From a virus, in IMG/VR virus record IMGVR_UViG_3300025150_000003, positions 32,001 through 96,000 of that record: 64,000 nucleotides of DNA. One strand, 5' to 3'. The position numbers and the translations under genes are program-made. The stretch's first letter is position 1. Each line of letters starts with the position of its first letter. The notes under the pieces are model-generated. The model searched no databases, had not been told where the DNA came from, and saw nothing but the letters and a program-made list of their open reading frames with translations. Positions 8,581 to 17,985 of the stretch are shown here, piece by piece.

Positions 8581-9074
8581 CGGCACACCCTTACATGACA
8601 AGCCCGAGGCCGCCCTTCGCGGAAGCCTGCAAAAAAGATGATCTGGTGACCCGTGAGGGGTATACGCCCATCAGCAATCTCACTCTCGTGCAGATGGTAG
8701 CTCACCTGATCACTCCCCATGACGAAACCATACCGACGCAGAGCATCGAACGACTCCACCACACCGATGATCATGCGAGGGGTTGTCTCACGAACAACCC
8801 GTTGAGCCCGGGGAGCCTTACCACCGGGCTCACCTTCGGGACTGTCCACCAGCACCCACTCACCAAGAATCGGTGGGGGTGAGTCCACAGGGTTCTGACA
8901 GCGAGGTGGCCCAGGACATCCCATGCACCGAGCCACCTCAACTGATTCCCCCGGGTGGAACACTGCGAGGTGGAAAAACACCTCTCGCAGGGTCCCCTCG
9001 TCATCCAGGCCTGAGCAGAAGCCGTAGAGCTTCTCGGGGATGTACTTGACGACCCGCATCCTGACTGTAGACAC
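8577..9074 (-). CDS. tandem cold-shock-domain (OB-fold) protein
   Basis: Two RNP1/RNP2-like units: KLYGFC...VFFH and RRYGFV...YHLH. Confidence 0.7.
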   Translation of the reverse strand: MSTVRMRVVKYIPEKLYGFCSGLDDEGTLREVFFHLAVFHPGESVEVARCMGCPGPPRCQNPVDSPPPILGEWVLVDSPEGEPGGKAPRAQRVVRETTPRMIIGVVESFDALRRYGFVMGSDQVSYHLHESEIADGRIPLTGHQIIFFAGFREGRPRACHVRVCR

Positions 9075-9085
9075 GGGAGTCCCCT

Positions 9086-9511
9086 CTACTTGCCGAAATG
9101 GGCATCCAAAGCGGCGAGGATCTCAGCCTTGGTGGCAGTGTCCTCGTGTACCACTCCGTACTGTGCCGCCAAAGCAACCAGGTCGGTTTTCCGGGTGAGC
9201 TTGTCGTAGGTGGGCACCTCAGGCTCGACGACCTCAGCAACGAGGGGCTCCTCTTCGATGACCTTGGGCTCGGTGACAGGAGACTCAGCCCCAGCCTGCA
9301 CGATGTGGTGGTGGTCGTCCGGGGTGCCGAACTTGTGGTCATCCCCAGCCTCTACGACCACATCGACCGCGCCCACGGAGACACGGATGTCCGCCGGAGC
9401 TGGTGGTGCTGTGAGTAGAGCTTCCTCTACGTTCACTGGATCTGTGGAAGGCTTGGGGGGTGCATCGGCTTTGATTTGCCGCATACGAGCGAATGGGGGT
9501 CGGTAGGTCAT
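9086..9511 (-). CDS. hypothetical protein with C-terminal HeH/Rho-N-like motif
   Basis: KTDLVALAAQYGV...ATKAEILAAL. Confidence 0.6.
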   Translation of the reverse strand: MTYRPPFARMRQIKADAPPKPSTDPVNVEEALLTAPPAPADIRVSVGAVDVVVEAGDDHKFGTPDDHHHIVQAGAESPVTEPKVIEEEPLVAEVVEPEVPTYDKLTRKTDLVALAAQYGVVHEDTATKAEILAALDAHFGK

Positions 9512-9527
9512 CTTGATTCTCCTTGTT

Positions 9528-9905
9528 TCAGGCGACGAGGCTTTTGACAATCCCAGCGAAGATCTGCCCGAAGGCATCACCGACCTTCACGAAGAAGTCA
9601 CGGGCCGAGGACTTGTCATCGGCTTCTGCGTTCTGGATCTTGGCCACGAAGTCCGATGCGGTCCGGGGACTTGCCCAGTCGATCTCGGGGACCTTGTTCT
9701 CGAACAAGGCGTCGATGGCCTTGCGGGCCAGCTCGATGCCAGCCATCCCGTGAGCTGCCACAGCGTCACCGAGAAGGGCCAGGGCGACCTGCGCCCACGG
9801 CTCATCCTGGTCAGCGGCCAGGTCCTTGAACACATCTTCGAGGGTGTCCACGCCAACCTGGCCGAGCACGGGGATCAGATTGTTGAGGAGCTGTTGGAAG
9901 TTCAT
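9528..9905 (-). CDS. hypothetical protein
   Basis: GGAGG before ATG 9905; helical. Confidence 0.65.
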   Translation of the reverse strand: MNFQQLLNNLIPVLGQVGVDTLEDVFKDLAADQDEPWAQVALALLGDAVAAHGMAGIELARKAIDALFENKVPEIDWASPRTASDFVAKIQNAEADDKSSARDFFVKVGDAFGQIFAGIVKSLVA

Positions 9906-9991
9906 CAGTTGCCTCCCGTTGAAGCGGATGCTGGGTAGGTGTGGTTCGCTCGAATAGACGCTGCCAGGTGAGTACCGGCCATAGACCTCAC

Positions 9992-10348
9992 TCATTCCAC
10001 AGGTGCCGGGCACAGGGTGCTGCTGGCAGGGATGACGGGTGGGACCTTGGGCGGGCGGGTGTCACTGATACCAGCGAGGTACAGGCTCATCGCCTTGTGC
10101 CACTCGTGCCGAGCCTCGATGGTCAGGACGAAGTCGGCGGATGCCGCACAGGCGGGGTCCACGAACTTCATTGCCGCATCACAGGTGCAGGAGGTGGCCA
10201 TGAACCCCTTGAGCAAAGCTGCTTGCTTGGTGGCCCAGGCGTCGTACTGGTTCAGCTCGGTCTGGTAGACCACGGTGTCCCGCACGATGTACTCAGTGCA
10301 GCCGGTGAAAACCAGTGCTAGCAAGAGGATGGAGAGGAGCTTCTTCAC
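9992..10348 (-). CDS. putative lipoprotein
   Basis: GTG start after GGAGG; KKLLSILLLALVFTG-C lipobox; Pro-rich C-terminus. Confidence 0.7.
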   Translation of the reverse strand: MKKLLSILLLALVFTGCTEYIVRDTVVYQTELNQYDAWATKQAALLKGFMATSCTCDAAMKFVDPACAASADFVLTIEARHEWHKAMSLYLAGISDTRPPKVPPVIPASSTLCPAPVE

Positions 10349-10385
10349 GACGACCTCCAGGTGGGATTTAGTAGAGGGTGAGACC

Positions 10386-10736
10386 TTACCCAAGTCCGCC
10401 TTCTGGATCCTCAGAAGGGGTGGGGGGGGCCGTAGGTTTCTTGTCGGGACCATTCGTGACGGTCATACTTCGTCTGGTGACCTCAAACACCTTTCCGTTC
10501 TGAGAGGCGATCTGGGCGATACGGGTGTACTTGTCCAGGCTGGCTTGTCCGAGAATGAACCCTGCTTCCACGAACCCCGCTACAACCACGATAGCGAACA
10601 GGATGATGAACACCTGCTGCGGGATTGAGTCCTTTCCCCAGAAGAGCACCAGCCCTGCCAGGATCTTCCAGGTGATCTCGGCTACCAGGTACGCGATGAA
10701 CTTGCGACTTTTGAGTGGTGGCTCACGCATGGACAT
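10386..10736 (-). CDS. putative holin
   Basis: LKSRKF N-terminal motif plus two hydrophobic helices and charged tail. Confidence 0.55.
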   Translation of the reverse strand: MSMREPPLKSRKFIAYLVAEITWKILAGLVLFWGKDSIPQQVFIILFAIVVVAGFVEAGFILGQASLDKYTRIAQIASQNGKVFEVTRRSMTVTNGPDKKPTAPPTPSEDPEGGLG

Positions 10737-11607
10737 GGTTCACCTGCTTCATTTGTTTGGCTTTTTTGCCTGTAATGGCTGCAGCGATCTGCTCCGGGGT
10801 CTTCGGACGCCCTTTCAAGGCCGCCGACTTTTTTGCCCTGTCCTCTGGGGAACAGACCCGTCCTGAGTTTGCCGCACTGATCCGTGCCTTTGTCACAGAG
10901 GACAAGGGCTTTCCTCGACGGGCCTCGTGGTTACGCACCAAAACCGCCAGGGCTTGAACACGGTGCTCCTCTGTCAAAGGGCAACCACATTTGGCTGCTG
11001 CCACCCGAGAAACATGCTCAGCACTCAAGGTCCGGCCTTGAAGTGCAACCGCAATTTTTGCTCGATGACCCGCGGACTTGGCAACACCTGCTCCCTTACC
11101 CTGCATTGCGGTACTCATCCGGGCACGAGTTGCAGCAGAAACATGACGACCTGCTTGAGCCCGGCTCATCCGCAGCTTTGTTGTGGGGCTCACGGTCTTC
11201 CCTTTGTTTCCTTGGCTGATCTTGGCACAGGTTTCTGGGGAATGTCCCCGTTTACCTTCCTCTACCGCAATCAGATTGTAGCCGTGCTCACGCTCTCTGG
11301 TCTGGTACTGGTTGATGAACTGCGTCTCTAGGATGTCCCGCTCGGCTGGATCACCGCACTCCCGTAGGAGCAGGAACTCAAAAGCTCGCTCACCCAACGT
11401 GGTCCAGGCAGCTTGGAGGTGTGGGTTACCGTGGGACCCTCGGTTCAAGGCCCACCGATGTTGGGTCCAACGACGGAGCACCACCCGGGATTGACCAATG
11501 TAGGCTTTCCCATTGGCACACCGGATCATGTAGATCCCAGCGGTTTGGCGATTCAGGGGTGTACTCTGGAGAGGAGGCTTGCCGTCCATGTCTGTGTCGG
11601 CCATCAA
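10723..11607 (-). CDS. GIY-YIG homing endonuclease with NUMOD3-like repeats
   Basis: GIY-MIRCANGKA-YIG, H.N.HLQ.AW, GYN; repeated H/VSxETxAKIS motifs. Confidence 0.9.
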   Translation of the reverse strand: MMADTDMDGKPPLQSTPLNRQTAGIYMIRCANGKAYIGQSRVVLRRWTQHRWALNRGSHGNPHLQAAWTTLGERAFEFLLLRECGDPAERDILETQFINQYQTREREHGYNLIAVEEGKRGHSPETCAKISQGNKGKTVSPTTKLRMSRAQAGRHVSAATRARMSTAMQGKGAGVAKSAGHRAKIAVALQGRTLSAEHVSRVAAAKCGCPLTEEHRVQALAVLVRNHEARRGKPLSSVTKARISAANSGRVCSPEDRAKKSAALKGRPKTPEQIAAAITGKKAKQMKQVNHVHA

Positions 11608-11951
11608 CTGTTCCCTCCACGCCGTGTACCACCGAATCGACCAGTGGCATGAACCCCAATCTTGTTCTGAGACGCCTGGAAAGCGTCTTCAACCACCTTG
11701 GGGTCCACCGCGATCAGATCGGCTGCCGCGATGAGCCCACGCAACCGGATCTGCTCATCTTCGAGCATGTTCGGTACGAGGCGATTGAACGAGGAGCGAG
11801 AGGCGGGGATGCGACGCAGGAAGTCGATGATCACGCCATCATCCAGATGGATCCGGTTGGTGGCATCACCCTCAACTCCCTTGAGGAGGTTGTACCCACT
11901 GTTGTTGATCCACCATTCGCCCACAGACACCTCGACGACGCAGGGAGACAT
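11604..11951 (-). CDS. hypothetical protein
   Basis: ORF directly after motif B; overlaps next start. Confidence 0.6.
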   Translation of the reverse strand: MSPCVVEVSVGEWWINNSGYNLLKGVEGDATNRIHLDDGVIIDFLRRIPASRSSFNRLVPNMLEDEQIRLRGLIAAADLIAVDPKVVEDAFQASQNKIGVHATGRFGGTRRGGNS

Positions 11952-11955
11952 GTCC

Positions 11956-11976
11956 CTACCTCATCAGGTGTATAGG
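11956..11976 (-). promoter_or_regulatory. motif B (CCTAT-N11-GGTAG)
   Basis: Heads the 11951->~7942 gene run. Confidence 0.55.
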
Positions 11977-11996
11977 CTCGCCAACGAAGGGTTGAC

Positions 11997-12944
11997 TCAG
12001 TCTTCGTTGGGCGGCGGTGGTGCGGGGACCGACAGGATGGCGTCGATGTCTACCTCTGCCTCTGCGTTGCCTGCGATGGCCGACAGACTACGTCCCGTCC
12101 TCTTAGGCGGTGACCCCAGGGCAGGTGTTCCACGTCGAGGGGGACGCACCGGCGGGGGCAGGGGAGGCCGGTCAGACTCGACCTCCGTGTTCCTGATGGG
12201 GGCATTGACAGGGTTCCGTACAGCCGGACCCTTGAAATCAAACGGAGACCCGAAGGGTGTCGCAGGGGTGCCGTTGTTCTTCTTGACGGGAGTCTCCCCG
12301 AACAAGGCGTCCAACCCCTCGTCGTCATCAGCCACTGTGATGAATGGGGTGGGTTCAATCTGAACCGTTCGTGGAGTCCCCACTGCGGGTGCAGTCTTCA
12401 TCATGACCGGGGCCTTCACCACTGGCGCTGGCTTGGGTGCCAGAGCTTTCATCACAGGTGCTGGCTCTGGCTTGCCCGCCTTCACAGCGTCAATGGCCTT
12501 GAGCAGCTTGGTCTTCGCCTTCCCAAATGGTTCCGGGTCGATGCCGAGAAAGGTGGCCTCCTGTCTCAGTTCCTCGATGGGAGGGAGGTTCGACTTGCGG
12601 ACCTTGGGGATCTGAGGATCAGACTGGACCTCGTCTGGGGTGAGGTAGTGGATCTCCAGCAGAATCTCCCCTGCCTCGTCCACGACCACCAGGGGTTGAC
12701 CTCTTCGGCCGATCTTCCGGGCGGCGTGTTCCGCGATGATCTCCATCAGAGGATTGGCGGTCAACACTCGGTTGGCCGCCAACACCGCTGCTTGCAACTC
12801 CGCTTTGGCCGCCCCAAGCCGGGCTCCCACGCTGCTATACGCCTCTGGCCTGGAGGCTGCCTCATCCTCGAAAGGGACGTTCAGCAGAGCTTCCGCCAGG
12901 TCCACGGGCAGCGTTTCTCGATGAACTCGGGTGGCTTTCTTCAT
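11997..12944 (-). CDS. hypothetical protein, HeH-like motif and Pro-rich tail
   Basis: IEELRQEATFLGI...KTKLLKAI. Confidence 0.65.
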   Translation of the reverse strand: MKKATRVHRETLPVDLAEALLNVPFEDEAASRPEAYSSVGARLGAAKAELQAAVLAANRVLTANPLMEIIAEHAARKIGRRGQPLVVVDEAGEILLEIHYLTPDEVQSDPQIPKVRKSNLPPIEELRQEATFLGIDPEPFGKAKTKLLKAIDAVKAGKPEPAPVMKALAPKPAPVVKAPVMMKTAPAVGTPRTVQIEPTPFITVADDDEGLDALFGETPVKKNNGTPATPFGSPFDFKGPAVRNPVNAPIRNTEVESDRPPLPPPVRPPRRGTPALGSPPKRTGRSLSAIAGNAEAEVDIDAILSVPAPPPPNED

Positions 12945-12963
12945 GGTCCTTGATGTCCTGTGT

Positions 12964-13665
12964 TCAGAGGGGCCACTCGTTGGGCTTGCCGGCCATCCGC
13001 CAGGCCAACAAGCGACCTGGCACCACCTTTGACCAGGCCTCACGGTCCTTGCCTTTCGCCTGCCGAAGCACCTTGTCCACCTCCATGGCCAGACGGCAGT
13101 CCGCCAGGGCCGTGTGGGCGTTCTTGACGGGAATCCCCAGGGCCACGCAGGTGGGCACCAGAGAGATGCTTTCCATCCAGGGCAGCAGGTGCTCCAGGGT
13201 CAAGGTGCAGGTGTCGTAGAGGTGGTAGTCCATCCGGGTCTTGATGCCATGACGCTTGAACGTCGCATTGAGGAACCCTGCATCGAATCGCACGTTCTGA
13301 CCCGCAACGATGGCCTCATCAAGGATGCCGCAGTCGGCAACCTTCTGCCAGAAAACCTTGGGGTCTTCGGCATCCGCCCAGGCTTCCTCCGTGTAGCCGT
13401 TGACTTCCAGTGCCTTTGGGTGAGCGTTCTCCGGCCGTTCCATCTTGACCTTGGAGTGGATCACCCACTCTATCCCATCAGGATTCAGCCGGATGATGGC
13501 GACCTCGATGATGTCGTTGACATCCGGGTCGAGGCCAGTGGTTTCGGTGTCCACCCATACGAAGGGCTTGGCGTAGAGGGGAGTGTAAGTTCGGGCCACA
13601 GGGTACTCCGGGAGTGAGGTCCCCCACCTTACCCACCTCAGCCCGGACCCATGTCCCCCTGCCAC
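12964..13665 (-). CDS. DEDDh 3'-5' exonuclease (DnaQ-like)
   Basis: VDTETTG, GQNVRFD, AHTALAD; start uncertain. Confidence 0.9.
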   Translation of the reverse strand: MAGGHGSGLRWVRWGTSLPEYPVARTYTPLYAKPFVWVDTETTGLDPDVNDIIEVAIIRLNPDGIEWVIHSKVKMERPENAHPKALEVNGYTEEAWADAEDPKVFWQKVADCGILDEAIVAGQNVRFDAGFLNATFKRHGIKTRMDYHLYDTCTLTLEHLLPWMESISLVPTCVALGIPVKNAHTALADCRLAMEVDKVLRQAKGKDREAWSKVVPGRLLAWRMAGKPNEWPL

Positions 13666-13955
13666 CAGTAGACGGCTTCAATAGCGAGAGGCACCTCGCA
13701 CCAGAGGTCACACGTGTTGACGGCTTCCAACGTCTTCTGAAAGGACCTCAGTCCACTGCACAAGGTGATGGGACCACGTCCGTATTCGTCCTTCAGAACG
13801 ACCACCACACGAGGTGAGCCCGCGTGTTGCCCGTGTCCACCACGTTCGTAACAGACCTGAACCACCACTTCATCCAGAAGAGTCAGGGTGGCTCGATCCT
13901 GAAGTGGTGACCCGTTCTGATAACGGGTCACCACTCGATCTTTGGTGGTCGCCAT
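13638..13955 (-). CDS. hypothetical protein
   Basis: Adjacent-packed ORF. Confidence 0.55.
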   Translation of the reverse strand: MATTKDRVVTRYQNGSPLQDRATLTLLDEVVVQVCYERGGHGQHAGSPRVVVVLKDEYGRGPITLCSGLRSFQKTLEAVNTCDLWCEVPLAIEAVYWWQGDMGPG

Positions 13956-14429
13956 CTAGTAGTCCCGACGCCGGTTGGGTACGCAATGACGGAACACCTG
14001 ACCGAAGGTTTCGTAGTCACCCGGAACGTCCAGGGTGTCCAGGTCCATCATGGTGATTAGGATCACCTCGTAGTAGTTGTTGGGGTCGAGAGCTGCCTGG
14101 TTGGCTACCTCGATCGCATTGGCCTTGCTCGCGGTGATGAGCAGGCGCTTGGGAGCCTCCCACGGCTCCATCGCCTCCACGATGTAGAGGTCACTGTCGT
14201 GGACGGCGAACTCGTCGAAGGTGTGCTGAGCAATACGCTCAGCCTCCGCCTCGACGAGGCGGGCGGAGACCTCCTCGTCCACGATCTCGTCGAGGCCCTC
14301 TTCGATGAAGGCACGGTCGAGAGCACGACGACCAACCTTGGAAGCGGCCTTGGCCTCGGCACGGGTGCCACGAAAGCCCCCTCCGTTCTTCGCTCCGCAA
14401 TGTTCAGTCTGGTGAGTCCAGTGCGACAT
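13956..14429 (-). CDS. hypothetical protein
   Basis: Downstream of motif A with GGAGG RBS. Confidence 0.65.
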   Translation of the reverse strand: MSHWTHQTEHCGAKNGGGFRGTRAEAKAASKVGRRALDRAFIEEGLDEIVDEEVSARLVEAEAERIAQHTFDEFAVHDSDLYIVEAMEPWEAPKRLLITASKANAIEVANQAALDPNNYYEVILITMMDLDTLDVPGDYETFGQVFRHCVPNRRRDY

Positions 14430-14452
14430 CTCAGCCCTCCGTTGTTCTGAGT

Positions 14453-14483
14453 CTACTACGGAGCAAGGGGCGAAGTTGAGCCC
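14453..14483 (-). promoter_or_regulatory. motif A
   Basis: Exact consensus. Confidence 0.75.
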
Positions 14484-14491
14484 CTTAAACG

Positions 14492-14527
14492 AAAAAAGGC
14501 CGTTCCCAGCGAACTGGGAACGGCCTT
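14492..14527 (-). terminator. intrinsic terminator
   Basis: 14-bp stem AAGGCCGTTCCCAG/CTGGGAACGGCCTT, TTCG loop on minus strand, U-tract. Confidence 0.85.
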
Positions 14528-14555
14528 CGAGTTCCGGCCTGGGGGGCGACCGGGA

Positions 14556-16052
14556 CTAGTTGGCAGCCTCTTCGAGCTTCTTCAACTCGGCTTCCCACCG
14601 CGTGGGTCGCTTGCCGAAGATGCCGATGTAGAACAGGTCACCCAGGGAGGGGTTGAAAGTCCGTGGGATGTAGCCCCCTTCACTGTTGGGGTCTACGCGC
14701 TGCTGCGGGAAGGCTCTGAAATAGTAGCCCTTCGCCCCGACCGAAGCCTGGACGACGTAACCGGTGTAGTAGTTGGCCGCCCGCTTCTCAGTCTTGCCAC
14801 CCCCGGCCCTGTAGGCATCCACAACAATCAGGGCATCAGGGGTGGGCTTGCCACCGGCGTTGTAGATGATCTCGACCTTGCTGGAACCCTGCACCGTGTA
14901 GGGGGCGGTGTACTTATAGATACCAACACCGCGAGCGCTCTGTGCTCCAGGGAACCGCACTGGAGCAGGCTCACCCTTGAACGCGATAAGTACATCCACG
15001 GCTTCGGCGTCAGTGATTGTCCCGAGTTTCCCGTTGAACTTCTCGTACATCGCCTTGTCGAACTTGGGCGACTTGTGCTTGCTTACATCAATCTTGACCG
15101 CGTCACCCTTCCAGAATCGAGCCCCACCACGCTTGGGCTTCGGGTCTTCGGTCTTGATGCCCAGAGTTCGGCTGACGACAGCCTCAACCTCCTTGGGGTG
15201 CATCGGAGACTGAGTGCTCAGTGCCCAACGCACGAAATCCTCGGTCTCCGGCTTGACCGCGACCTTCGTGGCTGAAGCCGTCTTGCCACCCTTGGCCAGG
15301 TAGGCCAGTGCATCATCGACCGAACCATACATCGTTGCATGACCGGTGTCGGCGTCGTCGAGCTTGCCCTTCTCCGACTTCGGGAAGAAGGCAGCGATCA
15401 TCTTGGCCTTCGCCCCGATACCCTTGAACACCTGGGACGGGAAGGTGTCGGTCTTGGTCTTGGACCCAGGCTTCACGAACCCGATCTGAGTGTCCCCCTT
15501 CTTCAAGAGGTAGGCCGTCTTGGACCCGATCTTAATGTTCTCGACCTCAAAGCCAGCCGGAGCCTTGACCGCAACCTTCGTGGCCGAAGCCTTCTTGCCG
15601 TCCTTCTCGTCTTCCTTGCCCTTGAACTTGTCGAGCAAGTCCTTGGGCATCTTGTCTCCAGCCAGCTTGGCGATGACAGGAAGCAACGTGGAGCGCTGAT
15701 CGGGGTTCTGGAACGCCTTGCGGATGAGCTTGCTCCGCAGGGTCTTCTTCGTCTCGGCGGCGGTCTTGCCCTTCAGGAGCTTGGGGTTGGACCAAGCTTT
15801 GTCCTTCCGCATCCTCTGGACTTCCTTTTCCCACTCCTCGTTGGAGGCAGCGTTCCAGCCATCCATGTAGGCCACCACCGCATGGCCAATAGCCTCTTCA
15901 CTCTCCCAGGTCTGGGAGGAGAGCCAAGACATGAACGCCTTGTCTGTCTTGGCCCCATCCAAAGGACGTCCATCCTTGAAGGCCTTGCGACCCAAGGACG
16001 TAGCCTTCGGGTTTGGGGTCGAGCTACGGAAAGCGGCGGTCTTGGTGGTCAT
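14556..16052 (-). CDS. Lys/Ala-rich multidomain protein, possible virion internal protein
   Basis: Repeated KxA / ASATKVAVK linkers; own motif B and terminator. Confidence 0.7.
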   Translation of the reverse strand: MTTKTAAFRSSTPNPKATSLGRKAFKDGRPLDGAKTDKAFMSWLSSQTWESEEAIGHAVVAYMDGWNAASNEEWEKEVQRMRKDKAWSNPKLLKGKTAAETKKTLRSKLIRKAFQNPDQRSTLLPVIAKLAGDKMPKDLLDKFKGKEDEKDGKKASATKVAVKAPAGFEVENIKIGSKTAYLLKKGDTQIGFVKPGSKTKTDTFPSQVFKGIGAKAKMIAAFFPKSEKGKLDDADTGHATMYGSVDDALAYLAKGGKTASATKVAVKPETEDFVRWALSTQSPMHPKEVEAVVSRTLGIKTEDPKPKRGGARFWKGDAVKIDVSKHKSPKFDKAMYEKFNGKLGTITDAEAVDVLIAFKGEPAPVRFPGAQSARGVGIYKYTAPYTVQGSSKVEIIYNAGGKPTPDALIVVDAYRAGGGKTEKRAANYYTGYVVQASVGAKGYYFRAFPQQRVDPNSEGGYIPRTFNPSLGDLFYIGIFGKRPTRWEAELKKLEEAAN

Positions 16053-16077
16053 CGTGGCGTCTCCACAAGGGGAAGGT

Positions 16078-16098
16078 CTACTGATTCCTCCGTATAGG
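16078..16098 (-). promoter_or_regulatory. motif B (CCTAT-N11-AGTAG)
   Basis: Upstream of 14556..16052. Confidence 0.55.
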
Positions 16099-16111
16099 CT
16101 ACCTAACGACC

Positions 16112-16345
16112 TCAGTACCCGTCCTTGTACCAGCCCCCACCCTTGAGCAAGAACGTCCCCCGGCTCATGACCTTCTGGGTCTCCCCACCACAGGTCATCG
16201 GTTCGACCGTGACCTCACTAGACCCGAACTTCTGAGAGGTGATTTCCCCCGTCTGATGGTCACAGGGAGGATTGGGGTCCTTCATCCCCATCATCTTGTC
16301 GAACTTGTGCCCGCACTTCTTGCAAACGTATTCGTAGATGGGCAT
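16112..16345 (-). CDS. FmdB-family zinc-ribbon regulatory protein
   Basis: MPIYEYVCKKCGHKF...FLLKGGGWYKDGY. Confidence 0.85.
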   Translation of the reverse strand: MPIYEYVCKKCGHKFDKMMGMKDPNPPCDHQTGEITSQKFGSSEVTVEPMTCGGETQKVMSRGTFLLKGGGWYKDGY

Positions 16346-16349
16346 TGCC

Positions 16350-16682
16350 TCAGTCCTCCAGACCTAGATGCTGCCGACGGATGGCCAGCATCTCTTCGTT
16401 CTCTACCTCGGTGTGGCGCTCCACCCGAGCACCAATGAGAGGTCCCTCGATCATCTCCGCGATGCTCAACGCCTCCCCCGCTGTGCCCACCATCTTCCAG
16501 ATGGTCAGAGTCCCATCGTGACTCAACCCAGGTCCGAGCTTGCCATTCACTCGAATGTCGAAGGGCTCCCCGCCTCGGATGATGAGCGTCCAGACGAGTC
16601 TCAGATCAGCCGGGATACCATCGTCGCTGCTTGCCGCCATCGTTTCATGTCCTCTGCTTGTGCACTGCTGGAACCACTCCAT
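16350..16682 (-). CDS. hypothetical protein
   Basis: Fills gene run; start uncertain. Confidence 0.45.
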   Translation of the reverse strand: MEWFQQCTSRGHETMAASSDDGIPADLRLVWTLIIRGGEPFDIRVNGKLGPGLSHDGTLTIWKMVGTAGEALSIAEMIEGPLIGARVERHTEVENEEMLAIRRQHLGLED

Positions 16683-16912
16683 CCTGTGAACACCACCTGG
16701 AAAGGCTCCGCAGGGAACACCTCATCCGAGGACAGGGCCACCGACAATCGCCCTGAGTCCATCACCAGGGTTCGGCCACCAAAAGGATGACCACTGGACA
16801 GGGCGGAGAGACACTTGAGTCCCTCTTTGGCCTGTTCCGTTGGCACTACTACCACCACCCACAGGTTCTTGACTCTGGCATAGTCCCGGGCAGCGATAAA
16901 GTCCGCGATCAT
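16601..16912 (-). CDS. hypothetical protein
   Basis: ATG overlaps upstream stop. Confidence 0.55.
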   Translation of the reverse strand: MIADFIAARDYARVKNLWVVVVVPTEQAKEGLKCLSALSSGHPFGGRTLVMDSGRLSVALSSDEVFPAEPFQVVFTGWSGSSSAQAEDMKRWRQAATMVSRLI

Positions 16913-17985
16913 AGGGTCACCCCAAGGGCTGGGTCCACGCCAAGAATTCGCCCGGCCCAACCCACCGATCGGATGTCCACGGTGTTCATCGCTACGACCT
17001 CCAGGATGACGTGCCCCCGCCTCTCACCAGACCGGCGGGTCAGCCCTTTTGCGATGGCCGTGGCTGCGACATCAATGAGGTTGAACGCCGACTGCACAGC
17101 ACCAGGACCGTCGATGCCCACCTTCCACTCATGAGCCGCCAGTACCGGATGGCTGGTCCCAGGGTCAAAAGGGCGGGTGCTGACATCGAAGCCCTCACTC
17201 CGGAGCTTCACCCCGACCAGCTCGGTGATGCCCTGTATGGCAGACCTTCGGCCCTGTGTTGTCGAGAGGAACTGCCAAGCTCCCTGTCGGCTCTCCTCTG
17301 GGCTCAGGGAGAGCAGCAAGGACCCCGAAGGGCGGGTGACCTTTACGGGGGCTGGAAGATGCCCCCGCCGGTATTCCGGCGCATCCGCCAGGTCGCTCTT
17401 GCCATTCAGCACTAGGTCACGACTTGCACGTTTGGCCAGAGCAGTCCCTGTACCCTCGACCATGTCAAGTAGTGCAGCATCCGCCACGAGATTCAGCCGC
17501 TCAGGCTCCTTGGCCGCCACCTTGGCCGCCATCTCATCAGATGCCTGACCAAGCATCCGACCCAGAGCCACCGGGTTCCGCACGTTGGTATCCACAGACA
17601 CGGCTGGCTTGACGCTTGAGGGCATCGGACCTGTCCGTAGCTCGGGGATGTCTCCGTCGTACTGGGCACGCTCAATGAGCCCCGCCTCCACCAGTGGATT
17701 CAGACGGGGGAGGCCCGTCTTCCGGTGCATGACCAGACCACCATGATCCAGAGGCTGTGCAGCATCCTCTGGGCGGAGAGGAGCCAGCGCTGCCATCGAG
17801 ATCTGCTGGAACCGGCGGGCCAGGCCCGGATTGCTCATCAGTACCTCGGACATCCCTCGCAGGGCGTCCTCATCAGTGATTGAGCCATTCTTGGCCTGGT
17901 CCAGAAGATCCCTCAGCTCCGGGAACTCCCCCGCGACCTGCTGAGCAAAGTCCTGAAGTACCTTGTTCGGATCCTGATCAATCAT
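16909..17985 (-). CDS. hypothetical protein
   Basis: Long ORF in packed run. Confidence 0.7.
   Translation of the reverse strand: MIDQDPNKVLQDFAQQVAGEFPELRDLLDQAKNGSITDEDALRGMSEVLMSNPGLARRFQQISMAALAPLRPEDAAQPLDHGGLVMHRKTGLPRLNPLVEAGLIERAQYDGDIPELRTGPMPSSVKPAVSVDTNVRNPVALGRMLGQASDEMAAKVAAKEPERLNLVADAALLDMVEGTGTALAKRASRDLVLNGKSDLADAPEYRRGHLPAPVKVTRPSGSLLLSLSPEESRQGAWQFLSTTQGRRSAIQGITELVGVKLRSEGFDVSTRPFDPGTSHPVLAAHEWKVGIDGPGAVQSAFNLIDVAATAIAKGLTRRSGERRGHVILEVVAMNTVDIRSVGWAGRILGVDPALGVTL

Noticed and set aside
10723-11607. Group I intron around the GIY-YIG or HNH (3988..4857) genes
   Set aside because: ORFs overlap or abut neighbouring genes with no room for a ribozyme core and no evident split host gene
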